In this document: positions 25,744-36,116 of the stretch, in pieces | How the letters are laid out: every line of letters begins with the position of its first letter | Position numbering within the stretch: the stretch's first letter is position 1 | Source of the DNA: Selaginella moellendorffii | Lineage: Eukaryota > Plantae > Lycopodiophyta | Length of the DNA: 64,000 bases | Assembly (NCBI RefSeq): GCF_000143415.4 | Contig: NW_003314299.1 | Span: forward strand, 1,409,502 to 1,473,501 | Direction of reading: 5' to 3' | Program-made: the position numbers and the translations under genes | The notes under the pieces: model-generated | Databases searched by the model: none | What the model was told of the DNA's origin: nothing | The model's input: the letters and a program-made list of their open reading frames with translations, nothing else

Positions 25744-25822
25744 GGACAACAGAGAAAAAATTCTTTAATGGATCTTTCTCTATAAAGTGTCGAATATGTT
25801 TTTAGGGTTTATGCGCATTTAA
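25744..25822. promoter_or_regulatory. Compact bidirectional promoter (CXE / 2OGD)
   Basis: 79 bp between divergent ATGs; TATAAA and telo-box TTAGGGTTT. Confidence 0.55.
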
Positions 25823-26913
25823 ATGTCTTGGCCCGCCGTGAGCTCCAAGCGCGGGTTGCGACGCCGCGAGCTCAAGGGAATCCATCTCTTCACGGTACGT
25901 TTGAGACGGATTTCTTTGATGATTCCCCTGCTTGGCTATGGCAGATCGATGATCTCTTGAGCACGGCCGAGGTGGATGCGTTCGTCGCGGCGGCGGAGAA
26001 GCTAGGGTTCCAGCACCAGGGAAGCCTTGGCCCCAGCAAGGGAGAGGCATTCAGGGACAACGATCGAATTTCGCTCCACAGCCAGGCCTTGGCCGATCAG
26101 CTCTGGAATGCGGACCTAGCGGCGCTGTTTGATGGCATTGAATCGAATGGAAGGATCGCCACAGGGCTAAACCCCAACATCAGATTCTACAGGTAGAGCT
26201 CACGATCCAGTTTCCTTAAAGTTCTCATGCCTCCAAATCCATCCATTTTTCACTCCTTACGACCTTCCTGTGGTACTCTATTACTTCCTTGCGAGCTTCT
26301 CATATAGATTGAAGCATCAAAATAATCCCCTTTCCTTTTCCTTCTTGTGGTATTCTATTACTCCTTCGCATGATCGAAAGCATTCTCTTTCCTTTCACTT
26401 TCTGTAGTGCCTCCTTACGAGCTTCTCGTATAGATTGAAGCATCGAAATAGTTCTCTTTCCTTTCCCTTGCTGTGGTACTCTATTGCTCCTTGATTTCTA
26501 TCTCCAATGATTGAAAGTGTTGTGGATTTTCAGGTATAACCAAGGCCAGCGGTTTGGTCAGCACGTAGACGAGAGCGTAGAAATTGATGCCGATCATGCC
26601 ACCGAGTACACGCTTTTGATCTACTTAAACTCGGGGATGGCTATCAAATCCAAAAAGGGAGCGCGGGACTCTCAACTTGTTGGCGGAGAAACGGTGTTTT
26701 ACACTGGCCGAAACAAAGCAATAGGGGTGAGTTTGCGTAGCCATCCTTTCGGTTTTTCTCAAGAAATGGCATTTGCAGGTTGTTCCTGTTTCAGGGATGG
26801 CTTTGCTGCACCTGCATGGCGATGAATGCATGCTACACGAAGCTAAGACTGTCCGTAGAGGAGTGAAGTATGTGCTACGATCGGATGTAGTCTTCTCCAA
26901 GAGAAGAGAATGA
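25823..26913 (+). CDS. 2-oxoglutarate/Fe(II) oxygenase (P4Hc-like), 4 exons
   Basis: GEAFRDNDR, GLNPNIRFYRY, FGQHVDES (HxD), LLIYLN, GGETVFY, MLHEA, KYVLRSDV. Confidence 0.9.
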
Positions 26914-27065
26914 TACAGGTATCACGTTATTTTCCAGCTTTGTGCCTTCAAAATAGCTAAAATAGCTGGGAACATTTACCAGTTCCATGATTGTAAAAAT
27001 TTCGTTTAGCTAGCTCATTGCATTTTGAAGAAGAAATATTCCTTATAAAAAAGATTTGTATTTGA

Positions 27066-29102
27066 TCACCTTGCCAACTGGTATCTTTGGGCTTGTTGAA
27101 GGCTTTGCCTCCTCAGTGACTTTCCCAACATGGAAGAATCTCCTCTAGAGTATAGGTTCACAAGCAGCACATAGACTGGTTTCAAATTCTCTATGTTAGA
27201 ACCACCAAGAACACGCTCTGCCACCCAAGCTCCCAGTTTGTGATTGTTGTGACTCCTGCAAGCGCCAAGCAAGCAAATCCAATCCACAGCCTCAGCAACG
27301 TAGGGCATTCCCTGGATGAGATCTCGAGCGTCTTCCAGATGCCCAGCTCGGCCCAGCGTGTCAAGCATGCAGCAGTAGTGCTGCTTCGAGTGGGGGATTC
27401 CGAAGTCGAGGGTGATGGATATGAAGCTGGATCTAGCAGCGTAGAGCTTCCCTCCTTGACTGCAGGCAATGAGATGGAGCACGAAGCAGATATCGTTTGG
27501 GGATTCCGTGATCTTGGTGGTGTCAAAGAGATCACAGAGCTGGTCACTGCAGCTCTCGAGGTTCTGGCAGTAGGCCGCGAGCATTGCGTTCCTGGAGACG
27601 ATTCCTGGCTCGGGAATCATGTCGAAAACTCGCCTGGCCCTCACGAGCAGCCCATTGCGGTAGTACGCAACAATGAGCGACGTCCACGACATGGAATCCC
27701 TCTCCGGCATCGCAAAGAATAACAACAACGCCTCCCTCAAGAAACCATTCTGTGAGTAGCCAGCGAGGAGGGTGTTCCACGAGAAAAGGTTCCACTCGGG
27801 CATATTGTCGAAGATCCGCTTGGATTCTAACAGATGCCCTGAGAGGGCAAATGCAGCCAGCAAAGCAGTCCACGATACGACGTCATGTTGGAGCATTTGG
27901 TCAAACATGGACTTGGACTTCTCTACTTCACCGCTCTCTCCGTACGCCACTAGCATTGACGTACAAGATTCCAGGTGCCGGAGCGGCATCTGGGAGAACA
28001 ATCGCTCGGCATCCTGCAAATGCCCATACTGGGCATTTACCGCAAGCATGGACGTCCACGTGGCCAGTTGCCACTGTGGCATGGCCCTAAAAACACTCAA
28101 TGCCTCGCTGACATTGCCGGCTTGTGTGTAAGCCCGCAACAGCGAGGTCCACGTCACAAGGTTCTGGACTGGCATATTCTCAAACGTACGCCTAGCTTCT
28201 AGAACATTCCCTTCTTGGGCATATGCCGTAAGGAGAGATGTCCACGCGACAAGATCCCACTGGGGCATTCTGTCAAACAAATGTTTAGCTAATTCTACCT
28301 GATCACTTCCAGCGTAAGCGTTTAAGAGAGTATTGTACGAGATAATATCATGCTCGGGTATCCCATCGAAGTGTATCTTTGTACGCTCCAGATACCCAGA
28401 GTGGGCATATGCCACCATCATCGCGTTCCAGGCGGGGAGCTGGAACTCGGGCATCGAGTGGAATATTTTCTCGGCATTTATCAGATCCTTGCTCTGAGAA
28501 TATCCCGCCAGCATCGCATTCAGCGTCACGAGATTCCACGCAGGCATATCATGAAATATTCGCTCCGATTCCAGGATATGCCCAGTTTGGGCATATGCAG
28601 CGAGCATGGCAGTCGAGGACACGAGGTTTCTCTCGGGCATCCAGTCGAATATCCGCCTCGATTCCTCGAGATCTCCACTCTGCGCGTATGCGACGAGCAT
28701 CGTGGTGCACGAGACAGAGTTGAGAGCCGGAATTCGATCGAAAATCTCTCGCGCGCGATCGATCTGCGCCCCATTCCGAATGTGGGCGCTCAGAATCGCG
28801 GTCCACGCGACGATGTCGGGCTCCGGGATCCGATCGAACAGCCGCTTCGCATCGTCCAAGCGATCGTTCCGCGAGTACGCGCAGAGCATCAAAACCCAGG
28901 AAAAGGGGTTCTTGTGCGGGATTTCATCGAACGCTTGCTTCGCTTGCTCCAATCCGCCGCACCGCGCGTACATCTCCACGATCTTGTTGTAGACAAACAC
29001 GTCGAGCGATCCAATGCCTCGGCGCACGCGCTCGTGGATCTCTTGCGCCCGCGAGAGCGTGTTACAGCCCTCCAGGAGACGCACACAGTGGCTTCGCTCC
29101 AT
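27066..29102 (-). CDS. PLS-class PPR protein with long run of ~31-aa S-type motifs and an E domain, no DYW; single exon
   Basis: Repeats of the form VSWTALL.AYAQ.G.L.EA..IF..MPE; C-terminal QHYCCMLDTLGRAGHLEDA..MPY...WICLLGACRSH. First ATG at 29102 (the ORF track uses a GTG at 29138). Confidence 0.92.
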   Translation of the reverse strand: MERSHCVRLLEGCNTLSRAQEIHERVRRGIGSLDVFVYNKIVEMYARCGGLEQAKQAFDEIPHKNPFSWVLMLCAYSRNDRLDDAKRLFDRIPEPDIVAWTAILSAHIRNGAQIDRAREIFDRIPALNSVSCTTMLVAYAQSGDLEESRRIFDWMPERNLVSSTAMLAAYAQTGHILESERIFHDMPAWNLVTLNAMLAGYSQSKDLINAEKIFHSMPEFQLPAWNAMMVAYAHSGYLERTKIHFDGIPEHDIISYNTLLNAYAGSDQVELAKHLFDRMPQWDLVAWTSLLTAYAQEGNVLEARRTFENMPVQNLVTWTSLLRAYTQAGNVSEALSVFRAMPQWQLATWTSMLAVNAQYGHLQDAERLFSQMPLRHLESCTSMLVAYGESGEVEKSKSMFDQMLQHDVVSWTALLAAFALSGHLLESKRIFDNMPEWNLFSWNTLLAGYSQNGFLREALLLFFAMPERDSMSWTSLIVAYYRNGLLVRARRVFDMIPEPGIVSRNAMLAAYCQNLESCSDQLCDLFDTTKITESPNDICFVLHLIACSQGGKLYAARSSFISITLDFGIPHSKQHYCCMLDTLGRAGHLEDARDLIQGMPYVAEAVDWICLLGACRSHNNHKLGAWVAERVLGGSNIENLKPVYVLLVNLYSRGDSSMLGKSLRRQSLQQAQRYQLAR

Positions 29103-29146
29103 CCAAAGATTTGAATCTGGAGCGTTCGATGGCGACACCGCCGTCT

Positions 29147-29625
29147 ATGGGCCTTCTTGGCCGATCAGCTCTGGAATCGAGGTATCGGGACGGCTTCCTC
29201 TGATGATTCGCTGGTTTTGGTATGGCAGATCGATGATTTGTTGAGCATGGCCCAGGCGCTAAGGTTCCAGCACCAGAGTGGTCCAAGGGAGAATTTTGCT
29301 GCACAGCTAGGCCTTGGCCGATCAGCATTGAGTCGAATGGCAGGATCGCCACTGGTCTATATCCCAATATACAGGTAAAGCTCACAATCCAATTTTCTCC
29401 TGTGCATGGCTGTGCAAGTTCTCTTTCTTTTTGCTCCCTCCATTGTCCTTACGAACTTCTCGTATAGATTTTAGCTTTTCTTTCCCTTATTACTGCTAGC
29501 TTCCTTCTCATAGAGATTGAAGCATTCCCTCCTTTCCTCCTTAGAAAACTTAATCATCGTTCTCCTACTGTTGTTATTTTTCAGGTACAACGTAACTTGG
29601 GGATGGCCAACAAATCCAAAAGGGT
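29147..29625 (+). pseudogene. Deleted and scrambled copy of the 2OG oxygenase (exon 2, intron 2, start of exon 3)
   Basis: Segments match 25900-26660 (tggcagatcgatgat, ttccagcaccag, gccttggccgatcag, tacaggtaaagctcac, tttcaggtacaac) with many deletions. Confidence 0.85.
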
Positions 29626-29959
29626 TGAGGATTTTCATCACAAATGGTGGACTTTGGAAGCAAAAATACCTTAGTTTAGACTGGAGCTGAGAATTTGCAA
29701 AGAAGAAATCCTAGAGGAATATAGTTGGAGATAAGAGGGACAAAGAGTGAATGGACTTTCTACGTCGGATAAATCTTCTAAAGCCGTGAATATTCTTTGT
29801 TTCCCGGAAATTCTAGGCGCGGATTGCGTTCATGCCGCCGGATAGCGCTCGCTCTTTGTCGATTCGGATTGTGATGTTTTCCGATACCGCATTCTTGATT
29901 GCGATCGAAATTTCATTACAGCACTTGTAATGTTTGATCGAAATTTCGTTTTGTCTAGA

Positions 29960-31061
29960 GGGTTTCGAAGGAGAGAAGCCCGTGAACAAGAAGACTTTTA
30001 TGGCACTCTCATTCTACTTGCATATCTTGTCCAACTCTTCGGTGCTACGCTTATTCCACGTGAATCATATGTATGGAGTAACACCATGACTCTGCTAGTG
30101 ATGGTTCTTGACACCGAAATGCAGAACTGTACCAGTCATGTTTTTTTCCCATTCTTTTTATCTTCTAACTATATTGTTTAATCAGGATCTGATCAAGAGC
30201 TCTCAGATTGTAGATGCGATAAACAACGAAGACGTAGAATTGCTGCATGACTGTGTTGTCTACTTTTTGGGCCCAAAAGTGGAAGCCATGTCTAAACACT
30301 GCAAAGGTAGTGCTGCTTTCTGATCTAACTTAACCCTTATTAGGTCCGTGCTCTCTCATGAGTATAACAGCTGCTCAAATTTTGGTGGAGGCTATGGGCA
30401 AGTTGATTTCTAACTAAACACTTCCGAACAAGGAAACTGGTCCTGTTCTCAGCATTCTTGCTTCTTTGCAAAATGCTGCACAGGTGTTGGTGGCAGAGCT
30501 GAAGCCGTTTCTTCCTCTTTCACTCAAGCATGTGGAAGAGTTAGATACATGGGGATCTTTTTTCCTGGAGATCTGAAGTACACAAATCCTATTGACATTA
30601 TGTCAAATATGGGGATGCAGCTGGTTGACGAGCAGCACGCCGCTCGCTTTCAAAGGAAGTTTGGCGGGGTTCTTGAATGTATTCTCCATTCTGGAACCTT
30701 GCACTGTGAGATGCAAATAGTGAGCCATCTGGTGAGCTCTGGCACTACTGGTACCAACTTCGAGAATTTTGGCTTGAGTAAATTGCCCTGTGGCTTGTGT
30801 TATGAGGTATTTGCTATGTTACAAAGTATTTGTTTCTCACTTATGATTTTATACTCGCATGCAGATACTGAAGATCTTCGTGCGTAACACGGAAAGTTTA
30901 TTGGCAATTGGAGGTCTCTTGCTGGCTGTCCCTTCGACGTAGCAGCTGTGACCAAGTGTCTGCAGGATCATGTGGCTGTTCTGATCCAATCGGCTCACAA
31001 CCACACCCTGGAAGCCCAAGGGCTTCGACTGTTACGTACAGACTTGCCCAAGTTTGAGTAA
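29960..31061 (+). pseudogene. OTT_1508-like nucleic-acid deaminase gene, apparently frameshifted
   Basis: LHCEMQI ... FGLSKLPCGLC ... HGKFIGNW, matching the HxE / SKxxCxxC / HGKxxxxW pattern; the frame breaks just before HGK. Confidence 0.65.
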
Positions 31062-31097
31062 AAAGATTTCTAACATTTTATTTCTAGTAATCAGATG

Positions 31098-32906
31098 TTA
31101 ATCTGGTGAGCACGTCGACTTGGCAAGAGCTGGGTCGAGTGGGGTGCTGATTACAAGAACCGTAGAATCCTTGTCTGCAGGATCTAATACTGAGAGAGCC
31201 TCTGCTGTCTGTACAACATCCCCACGAGAAGCTTCCTCGATGGCGTGAGCGGCTAGTTTCTTCAAGGACAAGGTCGCCACTATAAACAGGTCTCGTGGTT
31301 GTTTTGTTGCCTCCACCACGTTCACGTTGCCAGCATCTTCTGGGGTGAGCCACTGAAACGAAATAAGAAACTTTTTCGTATGAGCAGGAAGCAAAGACAG
31401 CTCCATACTCACCTTCAAACCTTGCGAACCGACAAGAGCAACTACGAAAGCGCCAGGCCCGCCGACTGCTACGACATTCCCCTTGACAGCAATCACTGTC
31501 GAGTGCATCTCCGGAAGCCACTCATCCTCCTTTGACACAACGAGAAAATACATCGAATACGAAAAACAAAAGAAGAAAATACCCGAATTGTGTGGATGCT
31601 TTCGACCTCGTCGTCTTCCTTTTCCCAGTCCCGCTCGTCTTTTTCGACTTGCATGAGCTCCTGGATCCTGTTTTGCGTCCCTTGCTTTACTCTAGATATA
31701 CCCATCATGTATGGATCACACAAACTTAAGCCTTTTACCTGCGGAAGAGACTTTCAATGGAACGCTTCAGGTTGCCAGTGCAAAAGGCGTCTGACAAATA
31801 CATGTTGAACAGCCCCAACCTGTACATACACAGGTCTCTTGCCACTGCGAAACAAAGCCCAGATGAGAGTTCAGTGTAAGAAAGAAATGACTTACGTGGA
31901 TGTCGGGCTCCACGATAGCCATCCGATACAATAACGTGGATTTTCTCATCTCCCACTTGCAATTCTTGAAACAAGTTCTGCAGCGATCACCTTTGAGAAC
32001 AGCAAACTCAATCAACAATGCTCACCAGATTGAAAGACAACTTCTTGTCCATCCTAGCACAAGACAAGCCGCCCTGAACATGAATCTGTGGCCCAAACCC
32101 GCGATCAAGCGGGTAAAACCGCACGCCCCTTGGGAAATCCACCTCCCGCTGCTCTCGCCACCCCATACCTAGCTAGGTTTGTAAAAATTGAACATGTTTA
32201 GCGCAATTAGTTAGGTGGTGGCATCCTCTGTGCTGGAAGAATACAGTGAAATCCTCCCTCTGGCTACATGAGATCAATGAGAAACTTCTTCCATGACGCT
32301 TGCCGTCGGAATCTGTATGGGATTCGCCTTGGCATCCTCTGTGCTGGAAGAATACAGTGAAATCCTCCCTCTGGCTACATGAGATCAATGAGAAACTTCT
32401 TCCATATGGGATTCGCCTTGGCATCTTCCGTATAGCGGCTGCCCATGTACTTGTAGAAGTGTTTCGGAAGAACAGCGCGTCCCAGGAGCAGGGGAACTGG
32501 TGTAGATACGGCATATTTTGGTTAGTCCGTAGCGTTCCATTTTGGCACTTCCAATGGAGCCCACGTCATGGGAGTATCTGGTTTGTATTCGTCGTCGGGG
32601 AGCTCCGCCCATTCATAAAAAATCTGCTTTTCTTGGTCAATAATTTTCCCGTGGACATCCCGACGTGTGGCAATGAGGATCACATAAGCTGCACAAACTT
32701 AGTGGGTGCAAACATCTCGTCCCAGTATCCAAGCGAGCTCGGGAATCCAGCTCAAGCCCTGTTTCGTATCTCCTTCCTCTGCGTATTAAGATCTCACCAT
32801 GGATCGAGAGCGCATCCGTGACATTGGTCGTTGGTGGTAAGTTCTCCACACACATAGACACACTTGACTTATGCGACTTACTTGAAGCACCAGGATATGA
32901 ATTCAT
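31098..32906 (-). pseudogene. Degenerate multi-exon gene of unknown family
   Basis: Coding-like stretches with GT-AG introns, scattered stops and an internal duplication; the 3' exons are open (31098-31553). Confidence 0.4.
32219..32425. repeat. Near-tandem perfect ~76-bp duplication
   Basis: tggcatcctctgtgctggaag...gaaacttcttccat at 32219-32294 and 32330-32405. Confidence 0.9.
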
Positions 32907-33529
32907 TGAAGTATGTCTGTTTTTCTTCTGTTTTCTTCTTACGGCTTAGCTAATTTTTCCAGATCGACGAAGGAAAAGAGAGCGCTTTGAGTGCTCTCTG
33001 GGTCCATATCAATGGGCAATTAGTATGGATCTGGAGCAGACATCCCAAAGATTGACAGTGGTGAGAGGCTCAAACATCTCGCCCAGTACTCTGAACAACA
33101 AATTTATCAATGCTTGCAAGTTGTGTGGCCAAGTCGAAAGAGTGGAGTTGAGATGGGATATGTGTTCTACCACCCAGCTGAGATGAGGAACATGATGATA
33201 GATAAATTTCAAAGTTCTTCCAGAAAATCTTTTCTTTGGCATTTTCATTCCATTCCAGGCTATGAGGCTATGAGGTCACAATCAATCAATCTCAATGGCA
33301 TGTAAAACCAGTGCCCCGATGCTTTGATATCAACATGCTTAACTGTGCAGAAGGGGATATCCAAGTCACATTTTTGGTTTGCTAAAATGCCCCAAATGTT
33401 ATGGTGTGGAGGATGAACTGGTGAGCTTAGAGAGTGAGTGTGATAGCGAGGAAGGTATTGTGTAGATGGTATTACTGTAGGGATGCTCACTTCATTTCTA
33501 GTGAAGTTTGTCAAAGACAACTATTTCAA

Positions 33530-35640
33530 CTACAACTATATGCAGTATACTAAGATTGTAGCTGAGTAGGTGATTAGTCAATTAAAAATGCACTAAATAT
33601 ATGTAGTCAAATTGCATTATAGATTATGCTATTATGCACAGCATTATGGTAGTTAAGTGGTGACATATTTTTTAAGGAGTGGGATAGTGGTAATCATGTC
33701 TAGAATATGACACTCAAGAAAGTAATGTTGTACTTTTGGATTTAGATTTAAGAAGATTATGATTATATTTTAAGTTTGCACTAATAAAGAAATTATATTC
33801 TCTTTCTAATCATTGGGTGGATGAGTTCAACGAAATTGAAATGGACTTAGACAAATGTATGAGAAGGTTGCAAAGGAGTGTTTATTTGTGGTTTATCAAT
33901 TTATAACCAGTTAAAGCTCATGTGTTCCATTAAGTAGAAAAACACTAAATTTACAGTGTATTTAACACTTTTGGATGGAAATCTAGTGCAAGGTATCTCA
34001 AAACAATGAATTTTACTATAAAGCATCATCAATTAATTAATTTGAGAGATGTTTGGCATGCTTACAGCATGAGGTACTTTATTGCAGTGGGTTGAAAAAT
34101 ATAATACTAATGTACACTATCACAAACAAACATGGATATTGGCATATATATATTTCAATAAGACTATTCCAACCCAATAAATGCAAAACTAGATTATAAG
34201 CATCAATTTTTATTTTTACCTCAAACTTCAGACACTTACTAGTATAGTACAGTTGTGCCCCTTACTCACAAACACATTATCACGTTAAACATTAATAATG
34301 TGTACCAAAACCATACTTTTATACTTCTCTATAAAGTACTTATAAAAAAAATTAATAATCACTTAAATAATTTTTTATTTTAAAAGTAATGTGGAAAGTT
34401 TTGTGATGTGGCAAGGCATATAAAACCCATCCATACCACATACACTTTAACATTACCAAAAGTGATGTGAATGTGTTATAAAATAACATTTTTGTGTATA
34501 CAAACAAAAAAACATAGCATAAATTTAGACAACACTTTTTAATAGTTATAAGTGATGAATCCATGCTTTTGTCCATATATAAAGAATGAAGTATCTTTGA
34601 GATTAAATTTATAAAAAGAACTCATAATAAATATTTGACTCTTGTAGCATATCATTTTATTTATATCTCCAGAGTTAAAAATAAAATCTATAAACTATAT
34701 TGTTACTACAAATCATATCTAATTACTAAATAAATATAATTAATACTTCACAACTCTAAAATTAATTTTGATGTATCTAAACTCTCATTTAACAAAATCT
34801 TATAGTTTTGCAATAATGATGCTCATCCAAAAAAATATTAATAACAATATTACACATTAATATATGGTTACAAAGCCTTAAAGTACTAAATGATTGTTTA
34901 TATATTTATAATTAAAATTTTATAGTAAAAACTAATCTAATAAAATTTATTCATATAGCTTATAAAATAAATTTAAAATAAACAACTCCTAATATATAAT
35001 GCATGTAAAAAATATTTAATTATTTCCATTATGTAAATAATTGTTTTTTAAAAATATATTAAAATAAAAATATTTAAATTTACTTTTTAAAAATGATGGA
35101 TTAATATTTACCTCTAATGGTAGTTAATGACTGAGTTTAAATAGGGAAAATAATAGAATTTAAAAATTCAAGTGCAAAAACACGTCTTTAACTAATCTTT
35201 TGTATTGATCTAAATTTAATTGTAACCTAAAAACACATTTATAAATTTATATATATGTCTTCTCATAACCGTATCCAGAATAATATTAATAAACAGAGTA
35301 AGAAAGTAATTGCAGATAGTAGCTTTGTTCAATGCCCTAAAATTAACATAAACACGTAAGTTTCATGAATTAAAGCTACATATTAAAAGGTAATTGAAGC
35401 CATTCGCACTTGCTCTTTATTCTTGAAATGTGTTAAATTTAAGTGATGAATACATTCGCACTATGTTTTAAAATAAAGTAAATTACTTTACATTAAAATT
35501 TAGGATATTTTTTTAAAACATTTTGATTCGCACATAGTGCTAACTTTAACACAATGTTTTCACTTTTTAAAACATTCAGACCAATTTTAAAAGATGGGGG
35601 GGGGTTCTTTTAAACTTAAAATATTTTTAAAAGGAATCTC
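33530..35640. other. Very AT-rich non-coding tract, likely ancient decayed TE DNA
   Basis: Strong AT bias, CpG depletion, no credible ORFs. Confidence 0.5.
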
Positions 35641-36116
35641 CAAGATTCCCTAAAGATTCCAGCACCCTAATTAGGGCATTTCAGTTTTTTGCCGCGAGCT
35701 CAAGCATTTTATGGTGGGGGAGCCGATAGCAGTCATCGCTCTAGGGTTAGATCTTGTTGGGGATTCGGTAGAGGAAGGAGGAGCAACTGATTTTGGGGAA
35801 AGAGGAGCTGTAGGGTTTAACACGAGTTCGGGGCAGTGGCATACAGCAAGGAGGTGCTGCTCGTGGAGTGAGGAGCAACCGTGGTGGAGGAGCATCTGGG
35901 GCTAAAGGAAAAGCACCAAGCCCAAATGTTGCTCGAGGAGGTAGGCTGCCTCAGGGCCAAGGCCGTGGAAATGCCAATCTCTCGAATCTTGGCCTATTTT
36001 GAAGACATTTTGAAATAAGTCAAGTTTTATAAATATAAAATTTTTAAATTTCAATTTAAAACTTAAATAAGCAAACAAAATGATAAAATTATAACAAAAG
36101 TTTTTCAATATAACTT

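Noticed and set aside
20706-26913. Biosynthetic cluster (2 desaturases + esterase + 2OG oxygenase)
   Set aside because: The 2OGD is a conserved P4Hc-like type rather than a DOXC metabolic enzyme, and there is no scaffold enzyme; co-expression data would be needed
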